Below, piece by piece: positions 50,985 to 62,176 of a DNA stretch of 64,000 bases. The notes below the pieces were generated by a model. That model was not told the DNA's origin. It saw only the letters and a list, made by a program, of their open reading frames with translations, and ran no database searches. The translations under genes and the position numbers were made by a program. The DNA is from Eubacteriales bacterium (lineage in GTDB: Bacteria > Bacillota > Clostridia > Oscillospirales > JAAYXM01): NCBI GenBank assembly GCA_045537045.1, contig JAZSOS010000033.1:44838-108837 (forward strand), in the 5' to 3' direction. Positions within the stretch are counted from its first letter, which is position 1. Each line of letters begins with the position of its first letter.

Positions 50985-51138
50985 AGTGAAAAAACCATCC
51001 TTTAACCGCTCATTTTACATATAAATATAATATAACATATAAAAAGGTAAATTGCAAGGAAAACAACTCTGTTTTTTGTTGCAAACGGACGGATTATATT
51101 GTATAATTTATAATAGTATATTATGGAGTTGATTTACC

Positions 51139-53358
51139 TTGTATCATAAGCTCAGTATAGAAGAAACCTTAAAGGCGTTTGATGTTAACCCCGAAACGGG
51201 ACTTTCCGATAAAGAGGCGCATCACCGCACTTCACAGAGTGTGACAAAGAGCGACGGTTCTTCGTTTTTCAAATTTGCGGCGCGGTCTATCTCCCGCCCC
51301 GTTATCATCATTCTATTTGTTTCTGCAATCCTCTATGCCGCACTCGGAGGATGGATTGAGGCTCTCCTCATTGCGACTGTTATCACCCTGCACACCGTTT
51401 TTTCTGCGGAGTGCAAGCGCCGAGGAGAGCGAACCCTTGACCGCTCGGTTTCTGCATCGGTAACGCACGCAATTGTTTTGCGCAACGGAGCTAAGATGAA
51501 GCTTTCCTCTGACCGCCTTGTTGTCGGCGATGTCGTTACGCTCAAACCCGGGCGCGTTGTTCCCGCGGATTTGCGCCTTATATCAACAGAAAACCTTATT
51601 ATCGACGAAAGCGCGCTTACGGGACGTGCCCGCGCGGAAAAGGACTGTGACTATCAGAGCACAAGCGATGTCCGCATAGAATTTCGCGACAACTGCGCCT
51701 TTGAAGGCACGGTTGTTCTTGAAGGACGCGGCGATGGCGTTGTCATTGCAACGGGTATGTCCACCGAAATGAGCCGTCTGACACTCCCGCTCGACGTTCC
51801 GGAAAAAGACACCTCTCCGTCTTTTTCACGCATAGAAAAGCTCACTCGCCGGTTAAGTATTATAACAAGCCTTGCGTGTGTGGCAGTTTTTGCAATATCG
51901 CTTGCATATGACGTAGGCTTTCTTACGGCACTTCTTGCCTCGGCATCCCTTGCGGTTGCCGCCATTCCCGAAAGCTTCGGCACAATTGTTCTCACAAGCC
52001 TTGCCCGGGGTGCGGAAAAACTCCGTTCGGAGGGTTTTTCGGCAAAGAACATGCGCGCAGCAGAGATGCTGGGAGAGGTGAGCATCTTCACCACAGAGCT
52101 TCCGAAAATGGGGGTTGCGGCTACGTACTCAAGCGGACGCATACATTCCCCGCAGGAGGAGGACACAATTCCGTTCCTTGAAGGGCTTCTTCTCTGTGAG
52201 CTTAAAAACCCGTCGTTGTATGCTTTTGCATCGCACAAGTGCGATGCGGAAAACGTTTCCGCAAGCTTCCCGCGCATCGGCGAATATATGGGCGAGGTTG
52301 CAACCACGCTCCACCGAGCAGGAGAAACAACAATATCCTACACCGGCGGCAATGCATCCGAAATACTCTCGCGTTCAACCCTTATCTGGGATTTCGGGCG
52401 CGTGAGAACTCTTACAGCTTCCGACCGCGAGGAAATTGAAGAGTGCATCCGCACTTTTGAAGAAGACGGTTACACCCAGACAGCGCTGGGGCTTCGCTCG
52501 GGCGATGATGTCCCGTGCGATAACAACCTCATTTTCCTTGGCATTGCGGCAACCCGTGCAGAGGTTAATGAGGCGGCAAACCCTGACACCGCGGCACTTA
52601 ACGCGGCGGGTGTGCGCGTGCTTCTTCTCACCGAGGGTGATGCGGAAAAGGCGCGCCTTGGCGCAACGGCACTGAAAATCCCGTGCGACAACATACTCTG
52701 CGCACGCGAGCTTTCCTCTCTCTCCGACGAGGAGATATACGAACGTATAAATGACACCTTTGTTTTTGCGTCTCTGCACGCACAGGACAAGGTGCGTATA
52801 ATAAATGTTCTAAAGTCTTACGGCTATTCTGTTGCTTCAGTAGGGGATGGAATATCCGATGCGCCCGCGCTTGATGCATCAGACATCGGCATGAGCGACC
52901 TGCACGCACGCGATGCAGCAAAAGACGCTTCTGACGTTATTTTTGACGGCAGCTTCTCTGCCGACCGCGCAATAATCCACGGCAAAATTATCCGCACAAA
53001 TATCCGCCGTGCCGTGACGTACCTTGCCGCGGCAAACACGGCTGAGCTTATATGCGTGCTTCTCTCCGCCGCCTGCGGCTTTGGATTCCCGCTTACAGCA
53101 CTGCAGATTCTTCTTGTAAATCTTATCACGGACACATTCCCCGCTCTCTTGCTTGTGCGCGGCGGATTCCTTCAGAAAAATCCGTCCCGTATGGCATATA
53201 TCTGGGGCGCGGTTCTCGGTCTTTTAATGCCGTTTGTCTTCCGCGTTCTCACTCAGACAACAGGACTTTTCCTTGCACAGTGGATTACCTTTGCCGCACT
53301 CACAGCAGGCGAGCTTTTGTTGGCGCTTCCGATGTATTTTGCCGGGCGCAGAAAGTAG
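51139..53358 (+). CDS. degenerate P2A-like cation P-type ATPase lacking the catalytic aspartate motif
   Basis: GLS, LVVGDVV...VPADLRL...IDESALTG, ATGMSTE, AAIPE, GDG, NLITD identify the family; DKTGT is replaced by FTTELPKM. Confidence 0.85.
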   Translation: MYHKLSIEETLKAFDVNPETGLSDKEAHHRTSQSVTKSDGSSFFKFAARSISRPVIIILFVSAILYAALGGWIEALLIATVITLHTVFSAECKRRGERTLDRSVSASVTHAIVLRNGAKMKLSSDRLVVGDVVTLKPGRVVPADLRLISTENLIIDESALTGRARAEKDCDYQSTSDVRIEFRDNCAFEGTVVLEGRGDGVVIATGMSTEMSRLTLPLDVPEKDTSPSFSRIEKLTRRLSIITSLACVAVFAISLAYDVGFLTALLASASLAVAAIPESFGTIVLTSLARGAEKLRSEGFSAKNMRAAEMLGEVSIFTTELPKMGVAATYSSGRIHSPQEEDTIPFLEGLLLCELKNPSLYAFASHKCDAENVSASFPRIGEYMGEVATTLHRAGETTISYTGGNASEILSRSTLIWDFGRVRTLTASDREEIEECIRTFEEDGYTQTALGLRSGDDVPCDNNLIFLGIAATRAEVNEAANPDTAALNAAGVRVLLLTEGDAEKARLGATALKIPCDNILCARELSSLSDEEIYERINDTFVFASLHAQDKVRIINVLKSYGYSVASVGDGISDAPALDASDIGMSDLHARDAAKDASDVIFDGSFSADRAIIHGKIIRTNIRRAVTYLAAANTAELICVLLSAACGFGFPLTALQILLVNLITDTFPALLLVRGGFLQKNPSRMAYIWGAVLGLLMPFVFRVLTQTTGLFLAQWITFAALTAGELLLALPMYFAGRRK

Positions 53359-53367
53359 GTTTTTGCT

Positions 53368-53994
53368 ATGGCTTCTGAAATTGAGCTTAAATATGCTCCG
53401 CCCGCGGATTTGCGGGCGGAAACGCTGTTTTCTGATGAACGCATTGCCCCGTTTTCCAAAAAACGGTTCCGGTATGAAATGCACACGGAATATCTTGATA
53501 CGGAAAACAGCGATGCGAAAAAGAGCGGCATAACGCTTCGCCGCCGCTTTGAAAATGGCGAGAGCGTGCTTTATGCAAAATGCAAAAGATACGATGCAGA
53601 TGCGCTGAGCGTGCGCGGTGAGTGGCGCGTAATTGGCGATGATATCATAAGCGCGGCAAAGCGTTTGTATGATGCCGGCGCACCGACGGAAAACCTTTGT
53701 GGGCTTCCGCTTTTAGTCTGCGCTTCCGTGCGTTTTGTTCGCGAAGAGGTTCTTGTCACACCGTATGATGGCTTTTCCTTTCTTCTCTCTTTTGATGATG
53801 GAGTTTTCGGTGAGAACAAGTACTTTACGGAAATTGAACTTGAGCTTGTTTCGGGAAGTGAGGAAGAACTTGTAGCCTTTGGCAATGCCCTTGCAAAAAA
53901 ATACAAACTTGTTTCCGAACCACGTTCAAAATATGCAAGAGCGCTGGAAGCAGGAGGAAATTATGGAATATATTGCAATAAACAAATGATTTAA
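53368..53994 (+). CDS. CYTH domain protein (triphosphate tunnel metalloenzyme)
   Basis: EIELKY, YLDT, LRRR, EIELEL, SKYARAL. Confidence 0.88.
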   Translation: MASEIELKYAPPADLRAETLFSDERIAPFSKKRFRYEMHTEYLDTENSDAKKSGITLRRRFENGESVLYAKCKRYDADALSVRGEWRVIGDDIISAAKRLYDAGAPTENLCGLPLLVCASVRFVREEVLVTPYDGFSFLLSFDDGVFGENKYFTEIELELVSGSEEELVAFGNALAKKYKLVSEPRSKYARALEAGGNYGIYCNKQMI

Positions 53995-54012
53995 CCGTAT
54001 TTGGAGGAAGTT

Positions 54013-55875
54013 ATGGAGTATATTGCAGGAAAATATGATATAGCCGTTATCGGCGCGGGACATGCGGGCATTGAGGCGGCGCTCTCTGCCGCACGGCTCG
54101 GTTGCCGCGTTGCGTGCTTCTCTATAAATCTCGATTCTGTCGGGAATATGCCGTGCAATCCCGCAATCGGCGGCACGGCAAAAGGACACCTCGTGCGCGA
54201 GATAGATGCCCTCGGCGGTGAGATGGGACGCGCGGCAGATGATACGTGCATCCAGTATCGCATGCTCAACCGCGGCAAAGGTCCGGCGGTATATTCTCTG
54301 CGTGCGCAGGCAGACCGCCGCGCATATCAGGCGAGAATGAAGCGAGTTCTTGAAGCTACGGACAACCTTGACCTTATTCAGGCGGAGGTTGTTGATATCG
54401 GCATTGAAAACGGGGCTGTCACATCCGTCCTTACCGCAACAGGCGGACGCTATCTCTGCCGGGCGGCGATTGTCGCCACGGGCACATACCTCGGCGGGAA
54501 AACAACCGTCGGCGAAACGGCGCGCATCGGTGGCCCTGACGGAATGTTTGCCGCAACAGAGCTTACGGGCAATCTTCTCCGCGCAGGAATTGAACTTCGC
54601 CGCTTCAAGACGGGCACTCCCCCGCGCATCAATGCGCGCAGTGTGGATTTTTCCGCAATGGAGCCGCAACCGGGCGATACGGACATCTATCCGTTTTCGT
54701 TTGATACGGAGCACGAAATTGAAAACCGCGCAATATGCCATCTTACATATACCAACGCCGAAACCCACCGCATTATCCGCGAAAACCTGCACCGTTCTCC
54801 CCTTTTCTCCGGAAACATAGAGGGTGTCGGTCCGCGCTACTGCCCGTCTATTGAAGACAAGGTTATGCGCTTTGCGGAAAAAGAACGGCATCAGCTTTTT
54901 ATTGAACCGATGGGACTCGGCACTGACGAAATGTACATTCAGGGGCTTTCTTCCTCTCTCCCCGAGGATATCCAGCTTCTTATCGTCCACTCCATCCGCG
55001 GACTTGAAAATGCACAGATAATGCGCTTTGCCTACGCCATAGAATACGACTGCATCGACCCTCTCACGCTCCTTCCGACGCTTGAGGTAAAGACGGTTTC
55101 GGGTCTTTACGGCGCAGGACAGTTTAACGGCTCGTCGGGATACGAGGAGGCCGCGGCACAAGGGCTTCTTGCCGGCATCAACGCCGCACGAAAGCTTCAG
55201 GGGAAAACCCCCGTTATCCTTGACCGCTCGGACGCATATATCGGTACGCTTATTGATGACCTTGTCACCAAAGGAACTAACGAGCCATACCGCATGATGA
55301 CCTCGCGCTCGGAATACCGTCTGTATCTACGTCAGGACAACGCAGACCTACGCCTTACGGAGCTTGGATATGAGATAGGTTTGGTCAGCGAGAAAAAGTA
55401 CAACAGAATGATAAACAAGCGCTCAGCGTGCGAGCGCGAGCTTGCCAGAGTTGAAAAGGCTATAATCCCGCCGGGCAAGGAAATTAACGACTTTCTCCAA
55501 AACGCCGGAACGTCACCGCTGGTCACTGGTGCATCCGTCGCAGACCTTATTCGCCGCCCTCAGCTTACATACGAAAGCCTTGCGCCGTTTGACAAAACGA
55601 GAAGCGAACTTCCATACGATGTTCGCGAGCAGGTGGAAATTTCGCTGAAATACGACGGATATATAAAGCGACAGAAGGTGCAGATAGAGCAGTTTAAAAA
55701 GCTTGAGGGCGTTAAAATCCCCGACGGAATAGATTATATGTCGCTTATCGGACTTCGCACAGAAGCACGGCAGAAGCTTACTAAAATTCGTCCCGGCTCC
55801 GTCGGGCAGGCATCACGCATATCGGGCGTAAGCCCTGCAGACATCGCCGCACTGCTGCTGTATCTGAAAAAATAA
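54013..55875 (+). CDS. mnmG: tRNA uridine-5-carboxymethylaminomethyl modification enzyme MnmG
   Basis: [58 protein letters not shown]. Confidence 0.97.
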   Translation: MEYIAGKYDIAVIGAGHAGIEAALSAARLGCRVACFSINLDSVGNMPCNPAIGGTAKGHLVREIDALGGEMGRAADDTCIQYRMLNRGKGPAVYSLRAQADRRAYQARMKRVLEATDNLDLIQAEVVDIGIENGAVTSVLTATGGRYLCRAAIVATGTYLGGKTTVGETARIGGPDGMFAATELTGNLLRAGIELRRFKTGTPPRINARSVDFSAMEPQPGDTDIYPFSFDTEHEIENRAICHLTYTNAETHRIIRENLHRSPLFSGNIEGVGPRYCPSIEDKVMRFAEKERHQLFIEPMGLGTDEMYIQGLSSSLPEDIQLLIVHSIRGLENAQIMRFAYAIEYDCIDPLTLLPTLEVKTVSGLYGAGQFNGSSGYEEAAAQGLLAGINAARKLQGKTPVILDRSDAYIGTLIDDLVTKGTNEPYRMMTSRSEYRLYLRQDNADLRLTELGYEIGLVSEKKYNRMINKRSACERELARVEKAIIPPGKEINDFLQNAGTSPLVTGASVADLIRRPQLTYESLAPFDKTRSELPYDVREQVEISLKYDGYIKRQKVQIEQFKKLEGVKIPDGIDYMSLIGLRTEARQKLTKIRPGSVGQASRISGVSPADIAALLLYLKK

Positions 55876-56025
55876 TAATAGGTGATTTTTTCTCTCTGTG
55901 AATTAATCGTCATTTTTACCAAAAATTGCAAGGCGCACCATTCGCCTTGCAATTTATTTTTGCTAAAATTTCAAAAAAATCCACAAAAAGCCTTGTTAAT
56001 TAATTATTTAACAACTTTTCGCAAG

Positions 56026-56054
56026 TTGACAAAACGTAAATTGCGTGGTATACT
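56026..56054 (+). promoter_or_regulatory. sigma-A promoter of second gdhA
   Basis: TTGACA-17-TATACT with extended -10 TG. Confidence 0.65.
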
Positions 56055-56080
56055 ATTGGACATACTACAAAAGGAGTTGA

Positions 56081-57436
<1,356 letters not shown>

Positions 57437-57471
57437 TTTTTGCTACCATTCCACCCCACCATCATTTTTGC

Positions 57472-57567
57472 GAAAGGGACTGTAAAAAAGTGATTTACTT
57501 TTTTACAGTCCCTTTCATATGCAATAGGAAAAGCTTTAAAATGACCAAAACGAACGGAAGCAGTACA
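57472..57567. repeat. dispersed repeat element (copy 2), with 20-bp perfect inverted repeat
   Basis: GAAAGGGACTGTAAAAAAGT/ACTTTTTTACAGTCCCTTTC, then AATGACCAAAACGAACGGAAGCAGTACA, similar to 47199-47227. Confidence 0.6.
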
Positions 57568-57669
57568 CAGCTAAGGTTTAAACTCAGGGAAATTTTAAAT
57601 AATTGTTTGCAGTTGACAGAAAACAGGCGTATAATATAGGAGAAATAGCCTTTAAAGGGGACAGAAGAA

Positions 57670-58812
57670 ATGGTCATGGATTTAAAACAGTATTGCAAAG
57701 AAGCTTACAAGCTTATGCTCGACACATTGCGCGAGCTGTGCGCCATTCCCGCTCCGTCACATTTTGAACACGAGCGTGCAGCATACTGCAAAAAGTGGCT
57801 TGAAAATATCGGTGCAAAGAACGTACACATAGACGAAGCACTTAACGTTATCTATCCTCTCGGGTGTGATGACAGCAATGAAATTACGGTTTTTGTTGCG
57901 CATACGGATACTGTTTTCCCTGACATGCAGCCGATGCCGTATCACGATGACGGTGAGAGGATTCACTGCCCCGGCGTCGGTGATGACACGGGAGGCCTCA
58001 CGGTTTTGCTTGCCATGGCAAAGTATTTTACTGAAAACAACATAGTTCCCGAAAAAGGAATAATGTTTGTTTGCAACTCCTGCGAAGAAGGACTCGGTAA
58101 CCTTAAGGGTACAAGACAGCTTTTCCGTGACTTTGACGGCAGAATCGCACGCTTTATAAGCTTTGACAGCGAGGCGCTTGACTCCGTTGCCGACCGTTGC
58201 GTCGGCTCACACCGCTATGAGGTTGAGGTTCTTACCGAGGGCGGCCATTCGTGGGTGAAATTCGGTGTTGAGAACGCAATTGCAAACCTTGCCGGAATAA
58301 TCGGCAAAATCTATGATATTGCGCTTCCTGAAAAAGAAAACTCAAAAACCACCTTCAACGTCGGTGAAATCTCAGGAGGAACTTCCGTAAACACCATTGC
58401 ACAGAACGCAAAAATGCTCTGCGAATACCGTTCTGAAGATGCAGAATGCCTTGCATACATGGAAAAGAAGTTTGCGGAGATTTTTGAAGCTGCACTCACA
58501 GAGGATGTCCGCGTAGTAGTAAAGAGAGTCGGAGAGCGCCCGTGCGGAATCGTTCCGGATGAAAAAATAGAAGAGCTTCGGCGTGTGCTTGTGCCCATAA
58601 TTGAAGCCATTTCCGGAAATAAGGCACATTTCAGAAGCTCCTCCACCGATTGCAACATTCCTCTTTCGCTCGGCATTCCCGCCATCTGCATTGGCGTTTG
58701 TGTACACAGTGGAAGCCATACGCGCGAAGAATGGCTTGAGAAAAAGTCCCTCATTCGGGGGCTTGAGCTTGCAGTAAGAGCAGGACTCGCCTTTTCGGGG
58801 GCAGAAGTCTGA
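57670..58812 (+). CDS. M20/M25/M40 family metallo-hydrolase
   Basis: AHTDTVFP, GVGDD, CEEGLGNLKG, GGHS, STDCN, HTREE. Confidence 0.9.
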   Translation: MVMDLKQYCKEAYKLMLDTLRELCAIPAPSHFEHERAAYCKKWLENIGAKNVHIDEALNVIYPLGCDDSNEITVFVAHTDTVFPDMQPMPYHDDGERIHCPGVGDDTGGLTVLLAMAKYFTENNIVPEKGIMFVCNSCEEGLGNLKGTRQLFRDFDGRIARFISFDSEALDSVADRCVGSHRYEVEVLTEGGHSWVKFGVENAIANLAGIIGKIYDIALPEKENSKTTFNVGEISGGTSVNTIAQNAKMLCEYRSEDAECLAYMEKKFAEIFEAALTEDVRVVVKRVGERPCGIVPDEKIEELRRVLVPIIEAISGNKAHFRSSSTDCNIPLSLGIPAICIGVCVHSGSHTREEWLEKKSLIRGLELAVRAGLAFSGAEV

Positions 58813-58978
58813 AAATAAATTTTCGGGCAGATGAAAGATAAGCGGGGCAACAAAAAATCCACAATCCTGAGATTTTTGAGTATTTTGCAGAACTGTGTAA
58901 GCCTTACTGAACACAGCTTGCGCTCCGTGATGACAAGCTTATCGACTGCAAATGATAATAGCCTTTAAAAAAAACAGC

Positions 58979-59015
58979 ACTCCGGAACGCAACACTTTGC
59001 GTTCCGGAGCTTTTT
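58979..59015. terminator. bidirectional terminator hairpin
   Basis: CTCCGGAACGCAA-CACT-TTGCGTTCCGGAG followed by T5. Confidence 0.7.
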
Positions 59016-59030
59016 ACTCAGCAAATCACC

Positions 59031-59855
59031 TTAAACATGATGCAGAATGGGTTCGAATGCTACTCCGTCTGTGGGGCTTACGCCGAGACGATCGGACAGC
59101 TTTACCGCCCTGCAAAGGAAACGCGAGGTCTTTTTTATGGCACGGCGCAAAGGCATGCCGCGGAGAAGATGCCCGGCAAGAAGCGATGCGAAAAGGTCTC
59201 CCGTACCGCAAAACTGCCCCGCTATGTACTTTGATGATGTGACGTAGCTCTCATCGGAAACGCCGTCATACACGATGTTGAAAACGCGGCCTCGGCGGTA
59301 TATGCCGGTAATTACGCACCTCCGTGCGCCGCCTGCGCAAAGCGTCTTTGCAAGAGAGATAAGCTCTCCATCATTTGCCTGTGAAAGACGCTCGTAGCTC
59401 TCATCCGCGAGCAGACACGCTTCCGTTAAATTGGGCGTGATAATATCGGCACGCGCGGCAAGACACTTCATTTTCTCTACAAGTTCATTTGTATATGTCG
59501 AGTATAGTTTCCCGTCGTCGCCCATGACGGGGTCAACGAAAAGAAGCGTGTCCTCTCCCTTTGCGCGCTCAATAAAGCGTGAGATGATATCCACCTGTCT
59601 CTCCGAGCCGAGGAACCCTGTATAAATCCCGTCAAACCGGAGCGAAAGCTTGTCAAAACCTTCAAGATAGCCCTCTAAGCTTTCTGTGAGGTCGTGAAAG
59701 TAATATTCGTCAAACGCGGTGTGGTTGGACAGCACGGCCGTCGGAACGCTCAGTACCCGCACGCCGAGTGCGCTCATAACCGGCACAGAAACATTCAGCG
59801 CACATCTTCCAAATCCCGTCAGATCATTTATAACAGCACAGTTTTTAAGCTCCAT
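59031..59855 (-). CDS. pdxK: pyridoxal/pyridoxamine kinase
   Basis: NDLTGFGRCAL, LSNHT, YTGFLGS, VDPVMGDDG, TPNLTEA, GTGDLFAS. Confidence 0.88.
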   Translation of the reverse strand: MELKNCAVINDLTGFGRCALNVSVPVMSALGVRVLSVPTAVLSNHTAFDEYYFHDLTESLEGYLEGFDKLSLRFDGIYTGFLGSERQVDIISRFIERAKGEDTLLFVDPVMGDDGKLYSTYTNELVEKMKCLAARADIITPNLTEACLLADESYERLSQANDGELISLAKTLCAGGARRCVITGIYRRGRVFNIVYDGVSDESYVTSSKYIAGQFCGTGDLFASLLAGHLLRGMPLRRAIKKTSRFLCRAVKLSDRLGVSPTDGVAFEPILHHV

Positions 59856-60005
59856 GGCCGCATTTTTTCCTTTCGCGTTATCTGTTGCTGGTGCAATATT
59901 ATAATTATACACGCCGAAAGTTGTTTTGTAAAGGTTGAAATTTCCGATGCAATGGTGTATACTAATATAATATGAAAATTATCAAATAAAAACGGAGAAT
60001 CAAAA

Positions 60006-60833
60006 ATGTTAGGATGCAGACCTGTCAACCGTCGCTTACTGAAAGCGGCATCATCGCGTGCCATGCAGGGAAGCTGGCTGCGCTCGTTCCTTATTACGCT
60101 TCTATCTTCCTTTATTCCTATGATTATTCTGAGCACGCTTCCTTTCCGCATACCCATTGAAGAGGAAATTCTTGCTACCGGCGGAGATGCAATGAAGCTC
60201 TTCTCACTTTTCCTCCCTGAAACGATATCCTCGCGCACCGTTGCCTCGTTCATCGTAACGGGCATTATATATCTTCTCATAGTCTGCCCGTTCACGGTCG
60301 GCGTTCACCGCTTTTACCTTGCCGTCGCATCGGGAGATAGAGGAAAGTTTTCCCATGTTTTTTCCCCTTTTACAAGCCTTAAGACCGTGTTTTCTTCCAT
60401 TGGTCTTTCGCTTATCACGGCAGGGGCATCCCTTCTCTGGATGCTCGCACTTATCGTGCCGCCGCTCATCCTTATGTATCTCGGCACTATGATAAAGTCC
60501 GTGTTTGTAGTTTTCCTGTGCTTTATTCTTTATTTTATTGTGATGATTGTGTGGATTCTTAAAATAAGTATCTACAAGTTCGCCTTTTATATCTTTGCAG
60601 AGGGCAAGACGGGCGGTGCGTGGAAATCCTTCCGCGAGATGCAGAGAATAACCCGAGGAAGAACATCGGAGCTTATGGGGCTTCGCGCATCGTATTTTGG
60701 CTGGGACCTCGCTGCGGGATTCTTCTCGGCACTTGTTTTCGTCTACACCGCTCTTTTCTCCACGGTGTACGCAAAATACCTTTTCTGTCTGCGCAACGAA
60801 GGTACAACCTTCGAGCCGGGCATGGAGCCGTAA
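60006..60833 (+). CDS. integral membrane protein (DUF975-like)
   Basis: LK..S...M.GSW N-terminus, several TM helices, FAFYIFAE...SFREM...G...EL..L..SYFGW. Confidence 0.65.
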   Translation: MLGCRPVNRRLLKAASSRAMQGSWLRSFLITLLSSFIPMIILSTLPFRIPIEEEILATGGDAMKLFSLFLPETISSRTVASFIVTGIIYLLIVCPFTVGVHRFYLAVASGDRGKFSHVFSPFTSLKTVFSSIGLSLITAGASLLWMLALIVPPLILMYLGTMIKSVFVVFLCFILYFIVMIVWILKISIYKFAFYIFAEGKTGGAWKSFREMQRITRGRTSELMGLRASYFGWDLAAGFFSALVFVYTALFSTVYAKYLFCLRNEGTTFEPGMEP

Positions 60834-60966
60834 TGGGGGCAACGGTCGGTTGCGCTCTTCCGAAAAAGATAATTTTTTTACGCAGTGAATTTTTGTTGAT
60901 TTCAAGCCATTTTCGGAATTTAGCAAAAAAAATTCAAAAAAAAGCGAAACTTTTTCAAAAAAGTAC

Positions 60967-60995
60967 TTGCAATTATAAATAAAGTGTTATATAAT
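60967..60995 (+). promoter_or_regulatory. sigma-A promoter of small peptide gene
   Basis: TTGCAA-17-TATAAT preceded by A-tracts. Confidence 0.65.
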
Positions 60996-61033
60996 GTTAC
61001 TGCAAATCTATTTTGGGGAAGGGGTCTGTAATT

Positions 61034-61189
61034 ATGAAGCTTTATACAGAACCAAAACTCGAAATCGTCACAATCAAGGCTAACGATGTTATCACAACAT
61101 CCGGCTTCGAGAGCCTGTTCAGGGTTTCAAGCATCGAAGACGGCGGTCATGCAAGCCTTAACAGCTACGCAGCCAAGACTATACAATAA
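61034..61189 (+). CDS. 51-aa small peptide (YxxPxLE...DVITTS), possible RiPP precursor-like
   Basis: MKLYTEPKLEIVTIKANDVITTSGFESLFRVSSIEDGGHASLNSYAAKTIQ; own promoter and GGAAGGGG RBS; below the ORF-track cutoff. Confidence 0.7.
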   Translation: MKLYTEPKLEIVTIKANDVITTSGFESLFRVSSIEDGGHASLNSYAAKTIQ

Positions 61190-61303
61190 GCTGTTACCGT
61201 GACGATGAGTCTGCGATGCAGGCAGACACATTGTGCATACTTAAAATTGGCGAAAACTCATAAAGGGGTAACAGTGCACATTACCCCTTTATAATCGACT
61301 CTA

Positions 61304-61333
61304 CACGCGTGTGGTTTTGCCACACGCGTTTTT
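61304..61333 (+). terminator. intrinsic terminator
   Basis: ACGCGTGTGG-TTTTG-CCACACGCGT followed by a T tract. Confidence 0.7.
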
Positions 61334-61365
61334 CTGTGAAAACGCGTGAAAGGAAGCTTTAAAAT

Positions 61366-62025
61366 ATGATAAAGATAAGTGGTGCTATATTTGATATGGA
61401 CGGAACGCTGACGGACTCCATGCAGGTGTGGAAAACCGTAGGCAGTGAATTTTTAAAATCCTGCGGGAAGGAACCTCGCGAGGATGTCGACCGCCGCTTT
61501 TGCAGCATGAGTGTATACGATGCCGTGCGCTTTATGAAGGCGGAATATGGAATCGAGGGAAGCCACGACGAGGTTACCGATGCGATAAACAAAACGGTCG
61601 AGCGCCGGTATCTGCACGAGGTTCCGTTAAAGGACGGCGTTACGCAGCTTCTGCGTGAGCTTCATTCAATGGGCATTCCCATGTGCATTGCAACGGCAAC
61701 GGAAAAGTATATGGCAGACGCCGCGCTGAAAAGACTCGGCGTCAGGCACTTTTTCAAAGAGATTTTCACAAGCCGTGAGACCGGTATCGGAAAGGAAGCA
61801 CCGGATATCTATCTTCGCGGATGTGCGCTTTTCGGCACCGAGCCTTCTGATACGGCTGTTTTCGAAGACTCCTTTGTTGCCGCCGGCACGGCAAAGCGTG
61901 CAGGCTTTATTGTAGCGGGTCTGTATGACAAAAGCTTTGAATACAAGTGGGACGAGGTTCAAAAACTTTCGGACATAAGCGCCGTGAATATGCGCGATAT
62001 GTGCGGAAAATTCTCGAAAAAGTAA
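61366..62025 (+). CDS. HAD family phosphatase
   Basis: FDMDGTLTDS, IATAT, GKEAPDIY, FEDS. Confidence 0.9.
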   Translation: MIKISGAIFDMDGTLTDSMQVWKTVGSEFLKSCGKEPREDVDRRFCSMSVYDAVRFMKAEYGIEGSHDEVTDAINKTVERRYLHEVPLKDGVTQLLRELHSMGIPMCIATATEKYMADAALKRLGVRHFFKEIFTSRETGIGKEAPDIYLRGCALFGTEPSDTAVFEDSFVAAGTAKRAGFIVAGLYDKSFEYKWDEVQKLSDISAVNMRDMCGKFSKK

Positions 62026-62176
62026 ATTTTCTTCGCAATGCGTATAAAATCGGGCAGTAAAGCTTGCTTTACTGCCCGATTTGTTGTAAAATAGTATATG
62101 TATAATTATATATGAAAATTATCAGCCGAATATAGAAAGCATAAGCCGAAGGCTTAACAAATGAGAGGTGGAACGA

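Noticed and set aside
53926-55161. 411-aa ORF antisense to mnmG
   Set aside because: Shadow ORF opposite a highly conserved gene; no recognisable motifs or RBS.
61200-61305. Fluoride riboswitch or hammerhead ribozyme upstream of the HAD gene
   Set aside because: GATGAGTC...GACTCTAC is reminiscent of the fluoride motif, but its P1 stem and spacing do not fit; the hammerhead CUGANGA/GAAA core is not correctly placed.
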